From positions 9,796,001-9,860,000 of the forward strand of contig NC_043002.1 in NCBI RefSeq assembly GCF_006345805.1: a stretch of DNA of 64,000 nucleotides, given 5' to 3'. Position numbers and translations under genes: made by a program. This DNA is from Octopus sinensis. Lineage: Eukaryota. Shown here in pieces: positions 34,428 to 46,916 of this stretch (its first letter is position 1; each line of letters starts with the position of its first letter). Under the pieces are notes generated by a model that searched no databases, was not told the DNA's origin, and saw only the letters and a program-made list of their open reading frames with translations.

Positions 34428-34660
34428 TAAAGCAGTGAACTGGCAGAAACGTTAGCACGTCGGGCGAAATGCTTAGCGGTATTTCGTCTGCCGTTACGTT
34501 CTGAGTTCAAATTTCGCCGAGGTCGACTTTGCCTTTCATCCTTTCGGGGTCGATAAATTGTGTGCCAGTTACGCACTGGGGTCGATATAATCGACTTAAT
34601 CCGTTTGTCTGTCCTTGTTTGTCCCCTCTGTGTTTGGCCCCTTGTGGGTAGTAAAGAAAT
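34428..34660 (+). mobile_element. SINE family B monomer inside (GGTA)n
   Basis: Matches 9360-9588; GGTAGGTAGG lies on both sides. Confidence 0.9.
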
Positions 34661-34959
34661 AGGTAGGTAGGCAGGAACTACATAAAACCATTGAAACCCC
34701 ACAAAATATCATGAGAATTTTTCTCATTTTCGTCATCCCTTCGGGGACAGTTTTTTTTCCAAATTCAAGAGAATTATTTCCTACTTTCTATCATTTTTCC
34801 ATTTCCGAACCGAAGGAAATCCATATTCCTTATTAACCTCGATACGGTGTATGTCATACAAATGGGTATAGAGGTCAATTTGTTCTCATGACTTTGTTAA
34901 TAGTTGCCTACTCTTAGACACAAAGAGGTCAGCAGGTACCTGATTGGTGCAGGGTTCGA

Positions 34960-35230
34960 TTCTCTGTAGCTGCCTGCTGGTAACTGCTTTGAGAAAACTA
35001 TGTAGAGCGACAAATTCAGAATGTACGGTTAAAGTGTGGAAATGGTGATGCAGTGTGACACATTGTAAATGTGTGTCACAGCGTGAATACTAAAGGTGAC
35101 ATGACAATGTTGCAAGAATGATCCGTTGGGACCTTTTTGGAAACTATGATCAAAGACGTGGTATGACCAAATCCCTGGAGTTAGTGAGAATGAAGATATC
35201 AAGGTGTTGTGGGATGCAGCGAAAACCTAA
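34960..35230 (+). mobile_element. R4/Dong-like LINE fragment
   Basis: SQREY...HDNVARMIRWDL and SENEDIKVLWD-like motifs. Confidence 0.6.
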
Positions 35231-35339
35231 CATTGAACAGAATGAACAGAACAGAAAATAAGAAGATTGCGACAAACTGCATGAAGAGGTTTTGTCTGTG
35301 CGTCAGCAGATAGAGAAACATGGCGAGCTGGCAGAAAGG

Positions 35340-35751
35340 CGTCGAGCTGGCAGAACCGTTAGCACGCCGGGCGAAATGTATAGCCGTATTTCGTCTGCCG
35401 TTACGTTCTGAGTTCAAATTCCGCCGAGGGCGACTTTGCCTTTCATGCTTTCGGGGTCGATAAAATAAGTACCAGTTACGCACTGGGGTCGATATAATCG
35501 ACTTAATCCGTTTGTCTATCCTTGTTTGTCCTCTCTGTGTTTAGCCCCTTGTGGGTAGTAAAGAAATAGGTATTTCGTCTGCTGCTACGTTCTGAGTTCA
35601 AATTCCGCCGAGGGCGACTTTGCTTGTCATCCTTCCGGGGTCGATAAATTAAGTACCAGTTACGCACTGGGGTCAATACAATCGACTTAATCCCTTTGTC
35701 TGTCCTTGTTTGTCCCCTCTGTGTTTAGCCCCTTGTGGGTAGTAAAGAAAT
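35340..35751 (+). mobile_element. SINE family B dimer
   Basis: One head and two bodies, joined at AAAGAAATA|GGTATTTCGTC. Confidence 0.92.
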
Positions 35752-36364
35752 AGATATAGAAACATGGTGATATCTGCATGATTAAAACAGCGAGGTAAAG
35801 TGAAACGTGACATGCGCATTACGTTTTTATGCTTCTCTTCCCTTTTACAAATCCAGTGTGCACATGCGCAATGCGTGTTCATACTTCTTTTCCCGTTTCC
35901 TGCTCAAAACTGTTTACAGATCACAACCATCTCACGGAGCTGCGGTCGTGAGGCGCACTCCGCACTCCGCACTCCGATGGTTGTGAAAAAAACGTTGCCT
36001 GATAATTGACATAGCATATTCTGGTGACGACAGGTTGGAAGAGAAGTAAGAAGTTCCTCTTGCTTATCCTTGTAAAATGTCTCCCAACACAGTAGTACTT
36101 GGACTTCAATTCTACCTGAATATTCAATTATCTCTTGGCCAAGAACACCGACTTCAACAACGAAGGATCGGGTAACTTTCAGTAAGCGAGCAATTAATGT
36201 ATCACTCTGCTGCGTTTTTAATGCAACAATTACAGAGTGTCATTTCATTTGCTCAGACATCCCGCTGTCCGACATTACTTATCTGAAATGCAAGGTTAAA
36301 AACAAATAACTGAGAGGAAAATGAAACCATTAAAAAACGTGTCGTCAAACAACTAGCGCCGCCT

Positions 36365-36830
<466 letters not shown>

Positions 36831-37809
36831 GGGCCAGGGCCCATGTACAACTTCCAGAGATCCCTGGCCTGGCAGTGCTACCGAGAAGCGCTACCCGTTC
36901 GAGATAAGCTCTACAGACACGGCTCGAGAAACACGGGGCCGACCTGCCCGAGATGCGGTCAGAGTGACGAAACCGTTCTGCACGCACTCGTGCAGCGTCC
37001 AGCAATTTCCGACCTGTGGGCTTATGTCGAACAACTGCTGTCACGTGTGGGACGAGTCGGTTTATCAGCTGAGTCTATCGTTAATATTGTCACGCCTCCT
37101 TCCTTCAAACGGGAAGGAAGAGCTATTTTCATCATCCTTGTGGCTATGGCGAATGAATGTATCTGGTGGATGCGTCTGAAAGGATTGGAGACAAACACTT
37201 TCCTCGCTGGTCAATCTCTCATCAACTTTTTCAAGTACCACTTGAAAAGGAAAGTGAGAGTAGAGAGGCAAGTTTTGTCTAGCGAATGTTTTAAAAAAAG
37301 ATGGGTGAATGTAGCAAGGATGGCACGTATGAATGACGAAGCCACCTTGAGCATAATCCTATGAACCCAGAAATTGAAAACAGAGGGTTACTCACTTGCA
37401 GACAAATGTGGTAACATATAACAATATTGACCGAGGTTACCGTAGTCTTTTTCGTAGGCTTTTCTTCCCACGGATAAACCTTATCTTCTTCCCCCTTTAC
37501 ACCGTACATCATGACACTGTGATACACGATCCCTATTGATCGTTTTTTTTCCTCTTCCCCTTTTTTCCTCTTGTTTCTTCTTTCTTCCTTTTTCTTTTCT
37601 CTTGTTTCTTTTTCTTTTTCTTTTTTCTTTTTTTCTTTTTTTCTTTTTTTTTCTTTTTTCCCTTTTACGATCCCTTTTGATCGAAAACCTACGCCGCTTT
37701 TTTTGTTTCTTTTGTTTTTTGTTTTTTGTTTTTTTCACCCCCCAAAAGAAAAGCTCTACCTTGTAATTTGTCCTATCTGTGTGCAGCACTGTGTGGCCAA
37801 TAAAGAAAC
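36831..37809 (+). mobile_element. Second 5'-truncated Tx1-A LINE in (TATC)n-type repeats
   Basis: Highly similar to 13551-14370; retains CPRCGQSDETVLHAL; same 3' end followed by TATC/TGTC repeats. Confidence 0.92.
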
Positions 37810-37827
37810 TTATCTATCAATCAATCA

Positions 37828-37916
<89 letters not shown>

Positions 37917-38140
37917 TCTACCTATCTATCTATCCATCTATCTATCTATCCCTAGCTATCTACAATATCATTTGTTATGGTGCAAACCTGTTTTTGGAGG
38001 AAAAGAATGACTTATGTCTTTTTGTCGTTTATAATTACAGAAAAAAGATAAAACCTAAAGTGACAGAAAGAATTGTTTAATGCTCAGAGAACCGAATGGG
38101 ATCAACGCCTGATGTAACTATTCACGTAAGTGACTATTCA

Positions 38141-38350
38141 TACTCTCTTTTACTCTCTTTTACTTGTTTCAGTCATTTGACTGCGGCCATGCTGGAGCAC
38201 CGCCTTTAATCGAGCAACTCGACCCCGGGACTTATTCTTTGTAAGCCCAGTACTTATTCTATCGGTCTCTTTTTGCCGAACCGCTAAGTGACGGGGACAT
38301 AAGCACACCAGCATCGTTTGTCAAGCAATTCTAGGGGGACAGACACACAA

Positions 38351-38449
<99 letters not shown>

Positions 38450-38626
38450 TATATATATACATGCAATGGGCTTCTTTCAGTTTCCGTCTACTAAATCCAC
38501 TCACAAGGCTTTGGTCGGTCCGAGGCTATAGTAGAAGACACTTGCCCAAGGTGCCACGCAGTGGGACTGAACCCGGAACCATGTGGTTGGTAAACAAGCT
38601 ACTTACCACACAGCCACTCCTGCGCC
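38141..38626 (-). mobile_element. SINE family A, full length
   Basis: Homologous to 8478-8884. Confidence 0.92.
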
Positions 38627-38686
38627 TGTAAATGACTAACTATATAATTTAGATACAAAAGTAAAAAATATTCTTTCCAATTCTCG

Positions 38687-38869
38687 ACAGCTGGTATTTA
38701 ATGACATGTCATTATTATCCTATTAAATTACAGGCTATTAAAAACAGGTAATGTATTGTCACCAGGTGTTTACTAGTGTTGATGGTGTTATACTGGATTT
38801 AAATACGCACCGGGCTTCTTTCGAGTTTCTTCCCTTCTTTTCCCCTTTGGCATACTTAAGTGAGCCCTT
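38687..38869 (+). pseudogene. Diverged inverted paralogue of the Cys-rich gene promoter and exon 1
   Basis: Aligns by eye (~70%) to the reverse complement of 28165-28358. TATA reads ATTTAAAT; the donor reads CATAC|TTAAGT instead of GTAAGT. Confidence 0.7.
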
Positions 38870-38894
38870 CACAATATTATATTTTTATAAGAAA

Positions 38895-39288
38895 CTAGCA
38901 GTATCGCCCGGCGTTGCTCGGGTTTGTAAGGGAAATAACTATAAAGCATTTTTAGAGACTTATAGCCAAAAAATAGCAAAAAATGCATTAAAAATGGAAA
39001 AAAAATGATGGTAAATTTTTTTAAAAATCGTTGACTCATCGTAGACATTTTTAGAGAGTTACTTCCCTTATATAATAGCGAAAACATGCATTAAAATGGA
39101 AAAAATGATGGTAAATTATTTTTAAAATCGTAGACTCATCGTAGACGCGCGCTCATACCCAGAAGGGCTCGATATGAATCACGACTATAAGATACCGGTT
39201 TTGGTTAAACTGCACCGCAAAATATGGGAGTAGTTAGGAATCTAAATCGGAGTAGACAGACACACAACTTCACTTTTATATATAAAGA
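38895..39288 (-). mobile_element. Non-autonomous Helitron-like element
   Basis: 5' TC, 3' hairpin and CTAG; inserted between A and T; internal tandem duplication. Confidence 0.85.
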
Positions 39289-39424
39289 TTTGTAAGAAAT
39301 AAATGGATCTGTATTATAATACAAAATACTAATGTGTTTTGAATTATAATTCAGATACAGTTTTAAAAATTGAATCTATTCGTCAACGTTTTCGTCTAAT
39401 ATATAAGATGAGAAACACGTGTAT

Positions 39425-39498
<74 letters not shown>

Positions 39499-39725
39499 GA
39501 AGGAAAATGCACATAGTCTACATAGTTTTAATATATCTTAAATGAGAGAGTATTGTGGAATTCGACCGATTCCATGCAAGATCATGGACTAAAATCTTCT
39601 TAAGATCGGAAATGACAATGATTTCAGTGTTATGATTAGCGAAAGCGAAACCGGTCGACAGCCTCAATACATTTTCAGTTAAAATATATTGAAATTATGT
39701 AAACTCTGTTCATTTCCCTTCTTTT

Positions 39726-39787
<62 letters not shown>

Positions 39788-39789
39788 CA

Positions 39790-39996
39790 GATAGCTCCAC
39801 GAGAATCCGGCAGGGGGTGGTGGCGATCTTTGCTGTACTTTTTCGCCACAACCTTCTCTCACTCATTCTTCAGTTTGCCTACTCGCTTAGCCAGCGGGGG
39901 TGGCGTCATTTGAAAGCTAAAATAATGCGAAGCACATTGTGACCAGGGATGTGTAGCAACGTCACATAGCCTGGTCGGTCACGGTGATCACGGTGA
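39790..39996 (+). mobile_element. SINE family C, 5'-truncated, tail type 2
   Basis: Matches 27095-27282. Confidence 0.8.
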
Positions 39997-40080
39997 TATA
40001 TATATATAGATTTATTACATTACAACTCACCACGTGCAAATAATCGAAATGTCCTTCCTCCCTTTTCTTACTATATATAT

Positions 40081-40379
40081 AGCAGGTGGCCTAGTGGTTT
40101 GAGTAGCAGACTTGCCGTCGAGGGATCACGGGTTCGAATGTCACACCGGGCAATGTGTGGTGTTTATGAGCGAAATATCTAGGTTCCACGCGTCTCCGGC
40201 AGAAGGTAATGGTGAACTTCTGCTGACTCTTTCACCACAAATTTTGTTGCTCTCTTTCCTACTGAATCTAGCAGCACACCTGTGACCGACCGGCGTCCTG
40301 TCCAGGTGGGAAACCTATACGCCAGTGAAACCGGGAAACTGGCCCTTCTGAGCCAGGCATGGGTCCAGAAGGAACAAAC

Positions 40380-40390
<11 letters not shown>
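40081..40390 (+). mobile_element. SINE family C variant, tail type 3
   Basis: Homologous to 42360-42670; (ACA)n end. Confidence 0.8.
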
Positions 40391-40425
<35 letters not shown>

Positions 40426-40427
<2 letters not shown>

Positions 40428-40977
40428 TTCATGCCGATTTATAGTAGCTTACATTTCGACTTATTTTAGAACATTGTTGAGTCCATAAAATAGGATTTGA
40501 CTACACCTCCATTTAGAGCACAGATTAAGCTATCTTTTCGTGGAAGAAGGATTATGTTCCTTTAACCTGTGTTAATTCTGTAACCCTTTAAAATAAAAGA
40601 TGATAAAGTTCATTTTCGGCACTTGATGCTTTGGGAACCAGACAAAAATTGCTGCAGCTCGGCTGGGATGTGTTACCCCCACCCTCCATATTCACCAGAT
40701 ATTGCTCCTTCGGATTTCCACTTATTCAGGTCTCTGCAGAATAGTGTTAATGGTAAAAATTTCTATTCCTTGGATGACGTAAAAAGATACCTCGATTAAT
40801 TCTTTGCCATGGAACAACCTCAGTTTCAAGAAGAGGGTATTTTTAAGTTAAAGGAAAGACGGAGACGCATTGTGCAACAAAATGGTTCATATTTGGTTGA
40901 TTAAAAATGTAATGGCAAGTATTTATTGACCTTTTTCTTTTCTTTAAAAATCGGCACGAACTTTCTGGACAACCCAA
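40426..40977 (+). mobile_element. Internally deleted mariner element
   Basis: GWDVLPHPPYSPDIAPSDFHLFRSLQN; right TIR ...AACTTTCTGGACAACCCAA|TA; partial left TIR AAGTTCATGCCGATTT. Confidence 0.88.
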
Positions 40978-41068
40978 TATAACAGAAGCAGTAGAGGAAA
41001 TATGTCATCACAATAAAATAATTTAATTTGGATCAAGCTGATACAAAAGAAGATACTATTAAATAGGC

Positions 41069-41477
41069 ATACTCTCTTACTCTTTTACTCTTTTACTTGT
41101 TTCAGTCATTTGACTGCGGCCATGCTGGAGTACCGCCTTTAGTCGAGCAAATCGACCCCGGGACTTATTCTTTGTATGCCCAGTACTTATTCTATCGGTC
41201 TCTTTTGCCGAACCGCTAAGTAACGGGGACGTAAACACACCAGCATCGGTTGTCAAGCAATGCTAGGCGGACAAACACAAACACACAAACACACACATAC
41301 ATACACATATATACATATATACGACAGGCTTCTTTCAGTTTCCGTCTACCAAATCCACTCACAAGGCATTGGTCCGCCCGGGGCTATAGCAGAAGACACT
41401 TGCCCAAGGTGCCACGCAGTGGGACTGAACCCGGAACCATGTGGTTGGTTAGCAAGCTACTTACCACACAGCCACTA
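41069..41477 (-). mobile_element. SINE family A, full length
   Basis: Homologous to 8478-8884. Confidence 0.92.
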
Positions 41478-42359
41478 TGAGAAATAATAACTAAACACAG
41501 CAGAGCATTCCAAGAAAGGATTTCGTTAAAGTCAACTGAAATATCAAGATAATGACAAGATCTACACAATAATCATTATGGTATCGATGCATGCCAGAAA
41601 AATATAAAGGAAATCGTAAGTAATTAGAAACATCGCAGGTTATTATTAAAATAAACAGTTATGATAACAGCTACACTACACTGCAAACCTCAGTAATAAA
41701 AGCAGATAGCATAATAAAAAATCCAGGCTATTCAAAAATCACAACGGAAAATAAACACTATTTAGGTTATGAAGATGAACCTTCGCTACATTATAGGCCG
41801 GAACTGCAAGAATGTTTGTCAAATAATCAACTTTATACGTTCTCATATTTGCTCTCATAGTTTATTGAGACCTTTTATGATAATGTCGATGTCTATTTCC
41901 CCCCGCAGTTACATAATATAATTGATTTACCCCTGTTATGTATTTCTTCTCATTTATGTTACGGTAAATTTATTGAATTTGCATGTTCTTTTCTGTTGAT
42001 ATACCACTTCACTATGAATTTCAACAAGGTTCTATTTACGTCTGAACACGTGTTCATTTGCCACGTTCAAATGTTTGTAAGCATTCCATTTGTTACATTC
42101 AAATGTTTTTAAGCATTCTAGAGTCCAGTGATAGCTTCTGTTTATATGTCGAATATCACCGAAGTTCCCTCGAATATCACCGAAGTTAGCTTCCACTGTA
42201 AAATCCTTGATGATCAAGAGACGTTTATTAAATGTAAAATGCGTGTGGAAAATAGACAGTTGACGACTGACAACGAATGAAATACTTCAGCCTAATAAAC
42301 ATAACAGAATCAGATGAATCAGAAGAACTGTCGAGTGCCACAGGATACAGAAGAACTGT

Positions 42360-42670
42360 GTGGAGGCACATGGTCTAGTGGTTTGAGCAGCGGATTCGCG
42401 GTCGAGGGATCGCGGGTTCGAATCTCTGACCGGGCGATGTGTGTGTTTATGAGCGAAACACCTAAGCTCCACGCGGCTCCGGCAGAAGGTAATGGCGAAA
42501 CTTCTGCTGACTCTTTCGCCATAACTTTCTCTCACTCTTTCCTCCTGCACCTTGCAGCTCACCTGCGATGGACCGGCGTCCCGTCCAGGTGTGGAACCTA
42601 TACGCCAAGGAAACCGGGACACTGGCCCTTATGAGCCAGGCATGGCTCGAGAAGGAACAAACAAACAAAA
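42360..42670 (+). mobile_element. SINE family C variant, tail type 3
   Basis: tRNA-like head (GGGTTCGAATC); CCTGCGATGGACCGGCGTCCCGTCCAGG; (AAAC)n end. Confidence 0.88.
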
Positions 42671-43619
42671 ACAGAACTGTCGATTCATATAGACAATAAA
42701 ACAAAAAACATATCTAATGCTGGATATATGAGTAAGTTATATTACGTAGTTCAGGTACGATAATTAAGAATAATTATGGTACCTGAACTATGTAATTGGA
42801 ATATGTAATCTATCCAGAAGAAGGGATACGTGGTCGATATAATAGATACCATTATTGTGTCTTCTCAGAGGGCACTATCAATAGTGGTGCATTTGTGAGT
42901 TGGAGGCAATGTATTGTAAAGGTCGGAGTTAATTCGAAGAATATTGACGCCATAAAAGGAAATTTGGCCAATTTTATGTTCCTTATTGATAATTTTTATA
43001 TTTTTGTTATTTGATAGAGAGCGTGGTGATTGAATAAGGAGTGAAGAAATACTTCCATCCATACGATGGTTCTCTGCAAATATAAGTGTTCTGACAAAAT
43101 TAGAGTGTTTGTTCTATAGAGACTAGATGAGACAGAAATTCTAGGGTTTTATAGACAAGCGATCAAAACGCGATATCCAATATTGGAAATAGGATGGGTG
43201 TTGCAGATTCTAAGGTTCCGGTATCATAATTAAAAAAGAGGTTGGAATACAGAGTATATCATAAAGAACAGATAAATGATAGTTGTATTGAATAAAATAA
43301 TTTTGTCTGAGGAAGAAGTATCAATCCTGGTGTCTTTCTTAGTACGAGGTCATGTGTAGTAAAGCTTGGGTGAAATAAACATCAGCGATGCTTTGTCGCG
43401 CGTGGAAGCTTCAGGAATGAGTTAGAAGATTTGCAAGATTTGAATCCAGCATGATGTGGCAAACCATTCTGTATTACCAGCCGATATTGCAAGGTCATCA
43501 GCGTTTCGCCCCTTAGTCTATTCGCTTCGATTCACCGGGGCAGCGTCGACTGAATTAGCACATGGCCATTGAAGGGATCCACGTACGGTTTCTCGCCAAC
43601 CAGAACCACATTTAGATTC

Positions 43620-45032
43620 CCTTTTAGATGCCGCTAGAAACTCCCGGCTCATATGATTTTCGCAAAGGCCACTCTGATTGCACATAGTGCTTGTTAGTTG
43701 CACGACTGACCCATAGGCATAAAAAGCAACAATATTTCGTGAACCCAGATTGCATTCTCATCAATATTCCAATCACCTTCAAGTCCCCTCATATTTTTCA
43801 GTTGTAGTTTGTATACTTTATGGCATTGAGGAGTACTTGCATGTTTTCATAACACTCCTTCATGTGCACTGAATGTCCTATGGGTATGGATGGTTTCTTA
43901 TTGCCAGTGTGTAGTAGTACTGCCTTGAGGCTTCTCTTAGATGAATCAATGAATAAGCGCCATTCAGCTGGAACATGCTCTTGGAACAAACAGCGAAATA
44001 ACTCATCAGTGCTATTACTGAAACAAAGTAGTCCATCAACAGAGAACGATGAAAACAGATCCCTATTTCTCTTCCTGAAATGAATAATACAAACATCTTT
44101 CTTAAGCAGACACTTTTCTTATAGGCAAGATGCTAATAGTTCAGCTTTATCCTTCGACAATGACAAGTCTCTAACTAAATCATTTAACTCTCCTTGAGAA
44201 AATTTCTGTGGTACGTCTTCATTTTCAATCATGAAATCTGTATCCACTTCGGCGTCGTCCACAGCAGTAGTGTTTTATTTAGGAAATACATCTTCGCCAG
44301 ACATCTGAAGGCCATTTTCTGGTGGTATTGGAATAGGAAGATCATCATCGTTGTGTGGTACTGGTCTTCTTGCTGATTCCAAGTTGGGATACACAATCTT
44401 ATGCTTGGTCTTTGCAGTAAACCCACATACATTAACGTTGCAGAAATAAAAGTCCATGAAATGATCCTTTGGCTCTCTCCATATCATAGGTTTGCCAGCG
44501 GCATTGCTCTCTTCCTCTTATTTAGCCAATTCCTTAGTCCATTTGAACAAGCTGAGCAGATGATGTGAGGGGCCCAACTCTTATCTTGATCCCTGAGAGA
44601 GCAGCCAAAGTATAACTGGCAGATCTTGATTTCACTTGTGATGGCACGTTGCTGAGCTTTGGTGGTAATTGAACCACAGACATGACAAAATATATCCGGA
44701 CTGTTCTTGTAACACCTTAACATCCTGAGTAGAATTTGACGATGATGATGACTTGGCACCTTAAACAGAAAGTAAGATTTATGAAAAGAAAAGATTATGA
44801 AAACATAAAATTACAAAATGAATACAAATAGTTATAAAACAGAAATCAGAATTTACCTGTAGAAGACATTTACGTGTAGCGATACTGCTGATGGGAGTTA
44901 TATACCTCTCTTATCTCATCAGAAAAACTGTGCCTGATAGAAGGAAACCGATTACATTTTTGAAATCTGCGGACAAAACTACATATAAAACACCATATAA
45001 TATCCCTGATGAAAATTGACTGTTGACCAGTG
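43620..45032 (-). mobile_element. Truncated, degenerate DNA transposon with transposase pseudogene; family not assigned
   Basis: TA|CACTGGTCAAC terminus; FCHVCG, DQDKSWAPHIICSAC, WREPKDH, WRLFIDSSKRSLKAVLLH, GDLKVIG, FTKYCCFLCLW. Confidence 0.8.
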
Positions 45033-45635
45033 TAATCATCCGCTTCGGCTACCGAAACTACTAGATCATGTGATTTCGCCTTTCCGTGGACTTCTCAATG
45101 GCAGACATCCACCGTCAGTGTCCATACAGGCACTGGTGTTGCAAGGAGCCAGCGGGTTTATTAAAAAAGATTTATAGCGACAATGTTTTTGTGCCTCTAA
45201 AATCCATATGAGGGGAGGGGTCTCCTCGTAGTAAATAACGCGCTATTCTGTGCTCTGTCACAACATCCAGTTTTAGAAGAATATTACGTTTGGTTACTCA
45301 TACTGTTTCTACTCCAATCAAATAATTTTAATGAATCCACTGGCTTTTTAAATAGACAGATAAACTCTATATACTCCTATCGGCGTAAAGGGCTACTGCG
45401 TCTCGCGAGACCCTTGCTGTTGAGAAGTCCAATGAAGATCAAAATCACGTTAATTACCAGTTCCGGTATCTGCAGAGCATGAATATCAGCCGTTGGCGAT
45501 ATAGGACGAGTGCTGTATGCCCTGCAAGTCCATACGAGAATTCTTCTCATAGTCAATAATGCATTTCAACACAAGATCCACCTTTCATGTTGAATATATA
45601 TATATATATATATATATACCTGCATACATACAGCG

Positions 45636-46590
45636 AATTAATGTGCTATATTTAAATTTAAAATCAGTTTGTTGTATCTTAAAGGTGTACCGGTTCAAGT
45701 TTTAAGGAGATGCATTTCCAGCACTCATCCAATGGATAATTTATATTACGAGATGACTTTAGATAATCCAATATCACAATCTAATAACAATAGTAATTTA
45801 CAAACAGTAAATCTACCTAAATGATTTTACAACAATATCAAATATAACACCACGCACCATAACAAATAATCATAATAGTATTAAATATTATACCAGAGAA
45901 CAAAAACATACAAGAAAATATTGCACATGTAAAATTTAAAAAATCATGTCCTCTAAAAGGCAAATGTAGAAGGTCCAACGTTATATATAAGTGCACTGTT
46001 ACAAAAACTGCTAACTCACGCAATATGGTTTATATAGGGAGATTTATTAACTTTAAGCAAATATTTTTAGCACATATACATTCACTTAAACCGAATATAA
46101 CGGGTAGCACTACTTCACTGGCTTCATATGTACATAAACTCAAACAAAAATCGTTAACAATAAATTATCCTGGTCAATCGTTGACTCGGCTACACCTTAT
46201 ACACACAAACCTTCCATCTGTCGTCTTTGTACAAAGGAATCGCTATACATATTATTATATAAACAAAATAATTTAATTAATTGCCAATCTGAAGCATTAT
46301 AAACATGAAGATATTTAAAACTTTTAAATATAAGAGATCATCAAGATAAAGATTCACTTTAATATCTTGTTTCTGATATCGTAGTATCGTAATAAAAGAG
46401 TAGTATTTCTGCCCCCCCCCAAAAAAAGAAAAAAGAAACTTAAAATTGAATTATTTTGAGTATACACATGTTCACATAATATAAACTGGATGAGTGCTGG
46501 AAATATATCTCCATAAAACTTGAACGTGTGCACCTCTAATATACAACAAACTGATTTTAAATATAACAATTTAAATATAACACATTAATT
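45636..46590 (+). mobile_element. Penelope-like GIY-YIG relic bounded by ~95-bp inverted repeats
   Basis: SCPLKGKC..NVIYKCTV...VYIG, TSLASYVHKLK, ICRLCTKE; 45636-45731 is an inverted copy of 46487-46590. Confidence 0.75.
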
Positions 46591-46916
46591 TACTCTATAT
46601 TGGGTTAGTAAACGGCTATTTTTACATTTACATAAAATATAATAATATCTTCCAGTTTTGTATATATAACTTTAAAGGCAAAAATTTAGCGACTTCTATT
46701 TCCTGCCATTTGCGGAGCAGTTTGTTGGCTGTTTCTTGTTTGCGTTTTGCGTTGTGAGAAATTGCTGCTGCTATTTGAGAGAATTCGAAGTTATAATATC
46801 ATTGTTTGTGTAAACTGTTCTGAACAGTACCCGTCGTAAAACGATAATTTTCGCCCTACGGGGCAGAAAATTTTGCACTAACCATATTCTTGTTACCTTA
46901 AAGGTAACTTTCAGAG

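Noticed and set aside
38884-39300. Apparent 11-bp TSD (TTTCTTACAAA/TTTCTTATAAA) around the Helitron
   Set aside because: The paralogous empty site near 28130-28150 already has TTTCTTACGAA-TTTCTTGAGAA, so the repeat predates a TSD-less A|T insertion.
42800-43500. Possible minus-strand CR1/L2-like LINE remnant
   Set aside because: Only a vague YNTLP-like motif is visible; too degenerate to support by eye.
43490-43515. GAAAC next to CTGATGA on the minus strand as a hammerhead ribozyme
   Set aside because: The motifs are adjacent, with no room for the required helices.
45060-45460. Weak inverted repeats (GGACTTCTCAA / TTGAGAAGTCC) as an old MITE
   Set aside because: The match is short, and the termini and TSD cannot be defined.
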